Assembly (NCBI GenBank): GCA_032718475.1
Contig: JAUCBJ010002582.1
Span: 1 to 53,750, forward strand
Length of the DNA stretch: 53,750 nt
DNA from: Nemertoderma westbladi
Lineage: Eukaryota > Animalia > Xenacoelomorpha
Reading direction: 5' to 3'
The notes below the pieces were generated by a model. It saw only the letters and a program-made list of their open reading frames with translations, had not been told where the DNA came from and ran no database searches. Positions 22,276 to 33,524 of this stretch are shown here, piece after piece. A program made the translations under genes and the position numbers. Each line of letters opens with the position of its first letter. Within the stretch, counting starts at the first letter, position 1.

Positions 22276-24927
22276 TAGTACTAGGATCGGCATGCTGCAT
22301 TTTTAAGAATGCTGTGCCGGCTTATCAACAAAATTGCACCGCCACAACTCCCTATCACCCATGACATTTGCTAGATCATCCGGATCTTCAAGGCCAGTGT
22401 CCTTTAAGATGCGTCTCAAGAAAGTCATGGGCTGTCCACCATGCTTATTCACTTCATGAGGCTGCCAAAGTACAAGATTATGCACTGGCTGGTCCTCAAG
22501 GCGAAAGCAATGTCCTGCAAGGCGGAGGCGATTTTGTTCTAGTGTCAAGCTTGGGGGAACCAATGAGACACCTCCAATGTTATATAGTGTCTCGTTGGAG
22601 ATGTGTGCATTGTACTTGACACAATGAACCCGGCGTAGCATTCTTGTGAATGTGCCATCCAGAGATTTGGTGTCCTCAGCAGTTAGAGCCCAGCATGGAC
22701 TCCCATAGAGGAGTACTGGAACTACTGCTGGCCTAAATAATCGGACCTTAAGTTTCCTATTAATTCTCGGTGACTTCCAAATCCTGGAAAGCCTATTCAA
22801 GGCTGCCCATGCCTTTCCCTTACGTATTCGATGGTCCTCACCTGACTTCCGGATCCATGATCCCAGGTAACAGAAGTCATCCACATGCTCAAGAATACCA
22901 TCTTTTGAGCTTATGCTCATCCGATCAGAGACTTGCTGAGGACTTTCAAAGTTAACTGTCAAAATTTTTGTCTTTCTGGAGTTAATAAAAAGACCAACTC
23001 TAGAAGCAGCATGTTCTAATGAGCTGAGAAGCCATTGGGATCCCTCTAGTGATTCTGAGAGTACTCCTAAGTCATCAGCAAAGTCTAGATCAGTTAGGTA
23101 CTTGGCAGGATTTCCTCGACTTCTGGAGCCAGTAGGTGGAGTTATCATCACCCCATCATCATTATGATGATCTAAGGACATGCGTAGAACATAGTCAACA
23201 ACAATTATGAACAAGAATGGTGCAAGTGTGTCTCCCTGGAGGACGCCCCATAACACTTCAAATGGTTCTGTGTCACCGTCAACAGTAGACACAAATGTTG
23301 TCGAACCATCGTATACTAATCTGATTGCTGCAACAATTTCATCAGGAATCCCATATAATGAAAGTATGCTGAACATACGTGAGCGAGAGACTGAATCAAA
23401 GGCCTTGAAGAAGTCAACAAAGATAACAGCCAGATGCCTGTCTTTCTTTTGATAACTCTTCAATTATCCTTCTAAGTGCCAAAATGGGCTCCACGGTCCC
23501 ACGACCTTTACGGAACCCATTCTGATTTCCACGGAGCAGTCTCTCAATGGGATCCCTGATGCGATTTAATAGAATTCTATTGTATAGCTTTGCAGCAATC
23601 GAGATCAATGAGATTCCCCGAAAAGAACCATAGAGTGTTAGGTTGCCCTTCTTGGGAACTGGCGCCAACTTATCTGTTTTCATTTCTTGTGGGACTCTTG
23701 TTGTTCGGTACATGTCTACTATGATGGGATAGATGAGCTTTAAACACTAAGGTATTTTAAAGACCTCAGGGGGAACACCATCTATTCCACTGGCACGATT
23801 GGTCTTAATGCTCTTTGCAGCAGCCTTCACTTTTGCAAAGGAGATATCACCAATGGGAATATCTGGGAGTACAGACTCAGACACTTTTACTTCTATAAAG
23901 TTATCAGGCAATACCCTGTCATTATTGAGGAGCTTTTCAAAGTGGGCCTTCCAACCATTGAGGCGATCGGCTGGTGATTCAAGCCTTAACCTTGGTTGTT
24001 GTTTGGCTTTTTCGACCAGCAAGCAAGTTGATCGATCTCCATGCCTGGGATGATTGCCTGCTGTCGTCAGCATCATTGATGGCATCAACCTGTTGGTTTA
24101 TTAGCTCCTGTAATTTAACAGAGTACTGCCTGTTCAGGGACCTAGATGCAGCCTTAACTGCATTCTTGGCCGCTGTTGTCTGTTTGAGTCGGGACACTTT
24201 CTGCGCCTTGTAGAGGTAATTTCGGCACTTCTGAATTTTGTTGTCAGTCCAGGGGGCCCGTTTCCTGTTTCGAGGGTATACAGGAACTGTTTCTGCAGCT
24301 GCTAACTTAACTGCCTCTGTGAAGGCAGGATAGCCCTCACAGTGATCTGCCGCCTCAGAGACAAGAACCTCATACCTGTTGCTCAGCTGTAGTGTGAAGC
24401 TGGATTTCACACTTGGCTGTTGCAACAGAGAGGACCAGTCATGCCGCGGCAAGGCAGATTTCGTTGTTCTGCTAGCACGCAGACTAAGTCTTAAGTTATA
24501 GTTCATATCCGTACCGATGGTATTTTCGTATTGCAAAAATAAGACTATAAGTATGAAATACCCTATGTTATTGAGATAATGTTTATTGTTATGGTTAGAA
24601 AAGCCCACCACTGTAACCTCCTCCTTTCCGTTAATTAAGTAATGGAGATTAGTTTATTGTTTTGGTTAGAAAACACCACCACTGTAACACCATCGGTACG
24701 CATATGAACGATAACCAAGTCTTACCTTGGCCACAATAAGGCGGTGATCACTGGAGAAGGGTCGTAGTGTAAATGCATTACAGTCTTGTATACAGCTCCT
24801 GTATTTCCTACGAAACAGGATATGGTCTATCTGGGACTTGTGACCACTGGGTCCACTATGAGTCCATAGCTTTCCAGTTCGCTTCTTGAACTGGGTTCCA
24901 GCTGAAAACAATCCATTTCCAGAGATC
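22276..24927 (-). mobile_element. 5'-truncated RTE-clade LINE (C-terminal part of the AP endonuclease plus reverse transcriptase), frameshifted, with a 22-bp TSD
   Basis: APE end IDHIL...SDHRLIVAKV; RT motifs FRGISLISIAAKLYN, NQNGFRKGRG, FVDFFKAFDSV, GVLQGDTLAPFLF, DLDFADD. TSD CAGTTATCTCTAGTCTCCAGGC at 22254-22275 and 24928-24949. Confidence 0.95.
24494..24716. mobile_element. 223-bp MITE inserted in the RTE, with an 8-bp TSD
   Basis: ~28-bp TIRs (AGTTATAGTTCATATCCGTACCGATGGT / ACCATCGGTACGCATATGAACGATAACC); TSD AAGTCTTA at 24486-24493 and 24717-24724. Removing it restores the RTE reading SDHRLIVAKVRLSLRASR. Confidence 0.9.
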
Positions 24928-25687
24928 CAGTTATCTCTAGTCTCCAGGCACTCACTATTCAAGGATCAGCCCGCCACCCGGGCCATGCTCTCACAGTTGC
25001 TAGGGAACGCATGACAGCCATCCACACAGCAGACTGCCATTCCTCTGGGATGGGCTTCACGCTACTTGTAGTCAAAGCGATATTCCAGCGCCTGTCAGTC
25101 TGTCTGTAACGCCGCAATATGGCTCCGCCGCTTAACCACAGTCTAACCATTCATAGACGGAGTACAGTAAATGTAATGCCCCACTTGTGTTTACATTTGT
25201 GTTCAACTCTCGAGCTTTTTTTTTTTTTTTACACAAAATAATAATTTAGGTGCTCCCTATTAATTTTGTATCAGATTCATTCTCGCTCTGTCTATTATTT
25301 TCGCTTTGTAAAGTAAAATTATTTAACGTAGTGCTTGTGCCTTCAACGTTAATTTGTATATATATAAATCAAAATCAGTGCTTATGTATTCTGATTACGA
25401 GTGAATATTTATTTATTATTGAATTATTTTAAAAAAATTGAAAAAAGTTTTGAATTAAATATAAGCAAATAACTATTTTAATTTGTTTGGTGGTATACAT
25501 TAGAGAAAGTTCAATTTTAAACTCAAATATTCGCGATATCTCTTTTAAATGACATGATATAGGCCTAATACAACATATAAAATATAAAAACAAGTTAATT
25601 AAAATTAATTTATTAATTTAAATTAATTTATTACTATCTAATTAATATAGTCTACATATTGTCAGCAATGAATCTATTGGGCATCTA

Positions 25688-26299
25688 TTATGATACTGTG
25701 CAGTTCATATTGCTATTTCGTTTAGGTTTAATGGCCGATGCAGCCAGCAGTACCCTTTTATGGTTATGAAGAGCAATCTCTGCAATCCGATGAAACACTT
25801 TCTCGACATTAATATTCTCCTTCGCACTAGTCTCATATAATTCTATGCCGTTCTGTTCTGCATACGAGTTGGCGTCGTCGAATTCAACAACCCGAGCGTC
25901 CGGCCCACAGTCACATTTGTTGCCAACCAACAATTTGGCGACGTTTTCCTCACAAATCTGCACTATTTCGTTAATTCTTCTTTTGACGGTAATAAATGAT
26001 TCTGCACTTGTGATGTCGTACACGACGATAACACCGTGCGTGCCGCGGTACCATGTGGTTGTTATTCCGCGAAAGCGCTCATTACGCTCCTGTCCAGACG
26101 GAACCCAAATGTGCAGTTTTACCTTTTCACCTTCCGGCAATATAATTTTTATGATATTGAAATCAATACCGAGTGTTGGCATAGGAGAGACTGTAAAATT
26201 ATCATTAACAATACGTCTGAGAAGATTGCTTTTGCCAACAGCAGAATCACCAACAATCATCAATTTAAACAAATAATCATAATCTTTCTCAGTGGCCAT
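25688..26299 (-). CDS. Rab35: Rab35-like GTPase, copy C (203 aa; G3 WVPSGQ with a 3-aa ERN duplication; C-terminus KPKRNSNMNCTVS)
   Basis: G1 GDSAVGKS, PTLGIDF, YRGTHGVIVVYDITSAESF (close to Rab35), GNKCD, ETSAK; intact ORF. Confidence 0.9.
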   Translation of the reverse strand: MATEKDYDYLFKLMIVGDSAVGKSNLLRRIVNDNFTVSPMPTLGIDFNIIKIILPEGEKVKLHIWVPSGQERNERFRGITTTWYRGTHGVIVVYDITSAESFITVKRRINEIVQICEENVAKLLVGNKCDCGPDARVVEFDDANSYAEQNGIELYETSAKENINVEKVFHRIAEIALHNHKRVLLAASAIKPKRNSNMNCTVS

Positions 26300-26574
26300 T
26301 ACCAGAGCGATGGTACATGATTATTATATCTACCATAACTACCACTACAATACTGTATAGATTAGGGTCTGTTACTGGAATAACTAATAAAGTAGAGTTA
26401 TAATACAGTCGGCCTACTAAACAGAGAGACAAAACGCTTAATCTCTACCATAATTATTTAATTATTTTTTTTACATTTTATTAATTTTCAATGGGTGACA
26501 CTGACAGACAGAATGTAACAATGATTGAAGGTGACTGCAATTTTGTTACATTGAATCCTCTAACTATGATATCT

Positions 26575-27310
26575 GGCTTTCAGATTGTTAGTGGTCAATG
26601 CTTTCTTGGAGGATACATCGACTACGGAGGATATGTACATCGACTATCGATACTGGAAGGGCTGAAAACAGTTCATTGCTGACAAGGTATCCGAGTTTGC
26701 TGAGATTGCAAACTTATTTCCTCAATCAGCTCACATTGGGGTTATGCGATATATTCAGGCCGAATGGGACTGCAACCTTTGAGTGGGTCCCCCCAGTGAT
26801 CCAGAGAGTTTGCCCTGGTATGCATAGCACGTCTCCGGGGGAGTGCATACCATCACAGTTTGAGACTTCATTGGAAGCCAATCAGGTCAATTTTTTGCTA
26901 CCCGTCTTCCATGGTGGTATTGGCTTGTGAAACCAAATTTAGGACGAACTCTGTTAATCTAGCATCCATGGGTGGCACTGGCACCACATCTGTGGTCATT
27001 CATGCCATTCTCAAACGGCAAAATCTACAAGCTGGCGATTGCCTTGCCTAGCTGAGTAATACGATGAAGGGGATGCATACCAATCTTGATCTCTCATACT
27101 AGACCAAGCCACACTCGAGGCCTCCTTAGAACAGCTTCACCCTGCATTATAAAGGTTGACATATGTAAATATTTGCAACTGACTGGAGCTGGAGGATGGC
27201 TAACTGCACAGGTGTACAGCCCTCAGTCCAAACTAATCTGAGTGGGGATGAATCCCATCTCTAGCTCTCACTTGTTGGTACCACAGAATGTGTGTGGTGC
27301 CTGGAGATTA
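26575..27310 (+). mobile_element. Degraded CRE-like retroelement fragment between Rab C and Rab D
   Basis: LLPVFHGGIGL resembles the LPxxxGGLG post-RT motif. GC-richer than its flanks; partial copy at 2145-2335. Confidence 0.4.
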
Positions 27311-27580
27311 ACAATTATATTCATGTTATATAATATTGTATTATTTTTATAATTTAACACTAATTACAAATTATAATCAGTTGTTTCGTAAAAATGGATA
27401 CTAAACACAGTGGAGATTAGATTTAAAAAATTCAATATAAAAAATAACTATTCTAAATTGTTTTGTGGTAGAGAAAGTTCAAACTTATATATAATATATA
27501 TATAAATGACCTGATATACAATATATAATATTTAATATTTAATATTTAAAATTGTCAGAGACGAAACCAAAGGGGACTGA

Positions 27581-28186
27581 TCACAATACTGTGCACTTCA
27601 ATTTGCTCTTTCGTTTACGTTTAACGGCCGATGCAGCCAGCATTACCCTTTTATGGTTATGAAGAGCAATCTCTGCAATCCGATGAAAGACTTTCTCAAC
27701 ATTAATATTCTCCTTCGCACTAGTCTCATATAATTCTATGCCGTTCTGTTCTGCATACGAGTTGGCGTCGTCGAATTCAACAACCCGAGTGTCTGGCCCG
27801 CAGTCGCATTTGTTGCCGACCAACAATTTGGCGACGTTTCCCTCACAATTCTGCACTATTTCGTTAATTCTTCTTTTAACGGTAATAAATGTTTCAGCTC
27901 TTGTGATGTCATACACAACGATAACACCCTGTGCGCCGCGGTACCATGTGGTTGTTATTCCGCGAAAGCGCTCCTGTCCAGCCGTATCCCAAATCTGCAG
28001 TTTTACCTTTTCACTACTTGGCATTATAATTTTTTTGGTTTTGAAATCAACACCGATTGTTATCATATAAGGTGAGACTGTAAAAGTATCATTAAAAAAA
28101 CGACTGAGAAGACTGCTTTTACCAACATCAGAATCACCAACAACCATCAGTTTAAATAAATAATCATAATCCTTCTCAGTGGCCAT
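27581..28186 (-). CDS. Rab35: Rab35-like GTPase, copy D (201 aa; canonical G motifs; C-terminus KRKRKSKLKCTVL)
   Basis: GDSDVGKSSLL, TIGVDFK, KVKLQIWDTAGQERFR, YRGAQGVIVVYD, GNKCD, ETSAKENINVE; the most canonical copy. Confidence 0.92.
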   Translation of the reverse strand: MATEKDYDYLFKLMVVGDSDVGKSSLLSRFFNDTFTVSPYMITIGVDFKTKKIIMPSSEKVKLQIWDTAGQERFRGITTTWYRGAQGVIVVYDITRAETFITVKRRINEIVQNCEGNVAKLLVGNKCDCGPDTRVVEFDDANSYAEQNGIELYETSAKENINVEKVFHRIAEIALHNHKRVMLAASAVKRKRKSKLKCTVL

Positions 28187-28311
28187 TACGAGATCGATGG
28201 TACAGGATAATTATAAGTTTACTATCCTACTGTAACTCCCACAACATAACAATAATGTAATTATCTACACCATAACAAACCATCGGGATGCAAGCAAAAA
28301 ATCGAGCAATA

Positions 28312-28358
28312 CCAGCGCAGATCGTTTCGGCCGGCATCAGGCCTCGTCAGACACACTG
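28312..28358 (-). ncRNA. Minimal type I hammerhead ribozyme core (probably degenerate)
   Basis: Minus strand: CAGTGTGT-CTGACGA-GGCC-TGATGCC-GGCC-GAAAC-GATC-TGCGCTG, i.e. CUGANGA, a 4-bp stem II and GAAA. Stems I and III are imperfect. A decayed mirror copy lies at ~30350-30390 (+). Confidence 0.55.
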
Positions 28359-29799
28359 CCTCGTGCGTGACACTAGATTAACAACTATTTCAGTAATTGA
28401 CAACTACATGTATGCAATGCTGTAAAATGGATGCCAAACATAACAACTATTTAGAATTTGCGGAGTGGGTCGTAACCGCTGAATAACTTTGACTACAGAT
28501 TAAAGTCATCCGTTAGGATGGGCTGCAGTCAATAGTATCCGTTAGGATACTTATAGACAATAACATTATGTTGGTTTGCTAGCATTAAGTCCAGTATGCC
28601 AGTACTGTACTGTGTACTGTACTGTGTACAGTACTGTTGACTATGTTTAAAGTATAAATTTACTGTTGTATTTTGATCCTGTCGTCAGTGTACTGCCTTT
28701 TGCATGCACTTTTTACACGTTCGTGGGGACTTCGCGCAGCACGAGGCCTAGTTATTATATACAAATTAAAATGCAGCGACTGTATCACAAAATCAGGTTT
28801 TGAGAAATTTACCCACACCACCAATCAATCAAAGAAAGGTGGACAGTACGTGTTCACCCCTTTTAATCTCCCCCCCCCCCCCCACCCTTCCCAACCACCA
28901 ATACATAACCGCGACATCTACCACCCACGGAAGGGTAGCACGAACTTATTTCCAATCGCACGTTAAATATGCAAAGCCAGGTGGTTTATAGGAATATAAT
29001 AAACGCAGTACTCGTTTTCATTATAAGCCTCTTTGCGTTCGTCCTGTTTTGTATTTAAATATATTTCTTAAACGCAAGCTAGGACGATCTTTATAATAAT
29101 AATAACTAGGGATGCGATCAATATGTGAAGCCAGGTGGTTTATATAATAATTTAGTCAACGCAGTACTCGTCTTCATTATATGCCTCGTTGCGCTCGTCG
29201 CTTGTCCTGTTTTGTCATAAAATATTTTTCCTAAACGCAGACTGACGATCTTTATACAGTTATAACTATGCGAAGTTTCGAAACTGTGCGAGTAACTGTT
29301 GATACATCTATGTGGAGATGTGTGATATGTGGAGATGTGTGATACAACGCCAACGCATCTTATGCCGATGTAGTAATATGGGTATTGAAATAATATTAAA
29401 TCAATGTACACTCTTAAAGCTGCAGCGAAAAAATGTAGCTAATTTCCTAGGTTACATATAAAATAATAATATTATTTTTAAGAACATTAATTTTACTACT
29501 TTGCAAAAATTCAATTAAAAAATAACCAGACATATACATTGTGGAATAAACTATTTCAGAAGCCTACAACAGCCATGCCATGGATTGTATTTATGTTATT
29601 ATATCTGTCATTTAACTGAGATAGCAATAGTAGTAATAGTCGAACGGTTATGCGGCCCGTCCAGCCTATAATAAACACAATTCAGTGATTGGGCTGGAAT
29701 AGCAATACTGGTTGCCTCTATTACAATTCCTCTCAGGTTAGTCTACAGCCACAACTCCCAGCAGCTAGCTCCACACCAGCAGAGACTTGACCAATAATG

Positions 29800-30284
29800 G
29801 GAAGGATTAAATTTGTACTCAATAATTGTGCGGTTTAATTACGTTTAGATCAATTAAAGACACATTTATTAAAGCAAATCACTTAAACTAATTAAAAACT
29901 ATAATAGAATGGCGTATGGGGATTATATCTGTATAATTTTTAAGTATAATTATTTAAATCTTATACTGTAAAACAATTAATTTCCTTTAAAAGGCAGGTT
30001 GAAAATGGCGTTTTCACCGCAATCAACTTAATTAACTAATTAACTGCTATTATCTTAGCTTCTCGAAGGCCACACGGAAATTCTACTTGGAAAATTTCTA
30101 AACTTTTGCCAAACAACATGTGTACCAAGTTTGGATAGATTTCATCAAAGATTGGCCGAGTTATTAACGTTTAAAATTGAACACGACAGAACGACAGAAC
30201 GACAGAACGACAGAACGACAGAACGACAGGTTGATTAATGGTACCACTACGCTAAGGCTCACTCACTTCGTGGCTCGCCCCACA
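29800..30284. mobile_element. Partial Helentron/HINE-like element, copy 3, containing an (ACGACAGA)n tract at 30182-30228
   Basis: Ends GCTAAGGCTCACTCACTTCGTGGCTCGCCCCACA like 18975-19008, with internal similarity to 18855-18930. The family's other terminus is seen at 28715-28743. The left boundary is approximate. Confidence 0.55.
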
Positions 30285-31561
30285 GTAGGATGGCCTTTTG
30301 CCTTTGCTTTCTGTATCTAGTGTCACACACGAGGCACTGGAGGTAGTGTTTGTGACGACGCCAGATTCCGCCCGAAACGCTCTGTGCTGGTATTGCTCGA
30401 TTTTTTGCTTGCATCCCGATGGTTTGTTGCTGTTTATTCATCTATCGTCCCATTCAGTCATTCAGTAATTAACAAGAATGTAATTATCTTTAGGTCTATT
30501 TCTGGTACTAAAATCACTAATATAGTAGATTTATACTATAGTTCTAAACAGGGAGACTAAAACACCTATATACTGTATGTACCATAATTATGTACCATAA
30601 TTATGTTTTTTACTACTTTTTTAATTTTCAATGGGTGATAGACAAGACAGTATGTAATCATGATTGAAGGTGACATTGAATCATCTAACTGTGATACATT
30701 CGAACCACATTTTATTCTGCTATGGTCTGAATGTAACATAAAATATACATTAATTTAAAGAATTTCAGGAATTAATTGATGAAACCCGAGTTGTGCTTGT
30801 CTGCTCTGTGGAGATCGGGTCTCACTCCACTACCTACCAAACTACAACCACAACATCAAATCGCAAATTATTAGGCCGATTTCAACAGCTAACGGAAGGC
30901 CATCTACTGTATTAACTAGCTGGCGGTGCTTGCGCACCGCGAAAGGAGCTCTCTAGCTTCAGACGACTGTTCCACTGTCCACCTCTTCGTTCAAGTTACA
31001 CTCCGGCCAGCTACAAAGTTGCAAAAACAAGTTTCGGAAACAAGTTAGCAGCAACAAGATTCCCGCGTGTGAGGAGTCCAGCAACAAGTTACAGAAACAA
31101 GTTGCTCCGTGTTAGGGGGCCATATAGACGGACTTATTTTATTTATTTTTCATAGATAATAAAATATTTTAGATCGTCTTTATAATACAGGTAGATCGCT
31201 GTTTCTTTAAAAAAAATTATACAGTAGTTAGTCACTTGATTAACGTCAGAAAATTTTCTAGAATATAATTGACCGCAAAAATATTAATGCAATGTCTGTG
31301 TAGTTTACAAAATTCAAGAATAATGTTGATTTCTGTGCCCTCCCTTGTCCAAATTAGTATTGGAATTACTGTCTGGTGATAAATTAATACTGGAGTGAAA
31401 TACAGTATATAGTCGATACGAAAAAGTATCTACTATACTTTTGCGGATTATTAAGTATTATTTTTGTAGTTAATAGATAATAAATCCTTAAACCGACTAA
31501 AACACAACGCGTTTATAAAATATTATTCGCGATCAGGATGACCTACTGAATACAGTTAGGC

Positions 31562-31790
31562 AATAGTACAGAATAGGATATAAGCAGTAGGCCTACCGGT
31601 CCGGTAAGCACCTACAGGTAAAATTTAACATAACTCTGCCAAGAATAGAAACATATGGTATCCAGATTACAGTAGGCCTAGTATAACTCAATTGTTTGAA
31701 TTAATTGAATTTCTATTTTTTCAACCATGTTTTTCTTGGCAGTTATATTAAATATAACCTGTAGGTACTTTTATCCTATGCTGCACTATT
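31562..31790. mobile_element. Small foldback MITE-like inverted repeat
   Basis: AATAGTACAGAATAGGATA...ACCTACAGGT...TGCCAAGAA is inverted at 31726-31790. Confidence 0.6.
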
Positions 31791-32640
31791 TATTGCCGTG
31801 CCACGGCATTAATTCATTGACTAACAAATTAGCAATATATCAATGGTTAAAGTTCGGTAGCTAAACACAAATTTGTACGACAAATTGAATAGATCTGGTT
31901 ATAAAGTATGGTTGCCTCCCTTACCCACAGTATTTGTGGGAGCACTTACCATATGTAAAAGATATTTATCTCGATACGAAACGACAGACGCTAGATATTG
32001 GTAGCTGTAAACTGAAACTGGACAACACTACAATTCCAGAATTTCAGTTATACTTCATACAAATAGAGACAGAATGATATAGTAGTGTGGCAAAATAGTG
32101 TGTAATAGTGCGCGACCCAGTGGGAAAGTAATAACACAACTACAGTAGGTCGCTTTGTCCCTCAAGTGCAGTGGTCGATCGATACTTATAATAATTGATA
32201 TCTGAAAATAATTAAACCTACAGACTTTTATACAAACAGTTCCGTTAGGGTTGCGGTACTAGTAGTATTAGAAAGTTCACGGGAAGTGCGATAACTCAAG
32301 AATAAAATGGCTACAAAATCATTATATCATTCAGTGATAAGGTTTATACTGTACGTACTGTATACTCCAAAAACAGACAACAAGTCAACAGGCTTATGAA
32401 AAGCTCATAAATAAATAGGTTCATGAATAATGTCGGTAATTTTATCTTGAGTTGTGGCCTAGAAAATAATAAACTAATTCACCCAGTGCACTATGAACCA
32501 GAATACTATAGCTAGTAAACCCATCTAGAACTCACCAATATAATATAGATACGCGAAAGAACATTCCGTTGTCTATCATATACAATAGGCGATAAAAAAC
32601 AATACCGTATAACAATGAAATATTTACAATTACACAAAAC

Positions 32641-32858
32641 TATAGTGGTTCAGAGTGGCCAGTTTTGTAATATCTTCTTTTGTTTCCCCTACTTTTGCAA
32701 ACTCGTTCGAACGACTTTACAAAACTCGGGTAAATAAAATAAGATTACAAATAACAAACTTTTGTTTTCCTGAGTTTTGTAAAGTCGTTCGAACGAGTTT
32801 GCCGAAGTAGGGGAAACAAAAGAAAAGATTACAAAACTGACCGCTCAGGCCCACCATA
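32641..32858. mobile_element. Foldback MITE-like element, ~95-bp arms
   Basis: CAGTTTTGTAAT...TTTTGTTTCCCCTACTT...CAAACTCGTTCGAACGACTTTACAAAACTC is mirrored by GAGTTTTGTAAAGTCGTTCGAACGAGTTTG...AAGTAGGGGAAACAAAAGAA...ATTACAAAACTG. Confidence 0.8.
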
Positions 32859-33524
32859 ATAACTATTAGTTGTTTCATGAAAACGGATAATAAACTGCGT
32901 TATGTTATGATACCGCATGAACTGCACCAGACCTACTTACTGTAGTGTATTGTATGTAATAGGACTGCATATATCTGTAGGACAATGGTAGGTAATACTA
33001 ACACAAGCATAATGGATCAACATGAAGATAACACACAAGTAGGATAACAGTGTATCGATATTGAATATGATTGACAGGTCCAATATAACGGACGACCTAT
33101 CTGTCTCAGACAAAGTCCGTGTAATTAATGAGTTAATGAAATCACACCAATTTTATTTCAGCGAATTCCTGAAATTCTAGTTTAGAATTTCATTTAATTA
33201 CTCTGAGTTTTTTATTTTAGATATTTACTTTCAGTAGTTTTCAAAAATTTAAATAAAATTTTAGTGACTTCGGCGGGTGGGTGGAGATTTATAATCATTT
33301 CCATCCTCCTGACCAGTCAAATTTTAAAAATAAATTAAATAAACCAAAATTACTATTTCAATTTGTTTGGTGTCAATCTTGTATAATTGAATTCTAAACG
33401 CAAATATGAATGTTGTGCTAATTAAATGACCTGATATATAATATATCATATTAATTAAATAAACATAATGTAATTAATATCTAACAATTAATTGTCAGTA
33501 TGAAACCACAGGGCATTGAGCACA

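Larger units (their letters stand above)
21590..25175 (+). mobile_element. Second copy of the CRE-clade fragment (paralog of 8340-9580), interrupted by the RTE insertion at 22276-24927
   Basis: Sequence is collinear with 8340-9580 on both sides of the RTE. Confidence 0.85.
28267..30476. mobile_element. 2.2-kb insertion with a 13-bp TSD and ~105-bp inverted subterminal repeats (Penelope-like/retrozyme-like, non-coding), ~80 bp upstream of the Rab D ATG
   Basis: TSD AATGTAATTATCT at 28254-28266 and 30477-30489; 28274-28377 is inverted at 30315-30428. Rab upstream homology (cf. 26360-26570) resumes at ~30490-30695. Confidence 0.75.
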
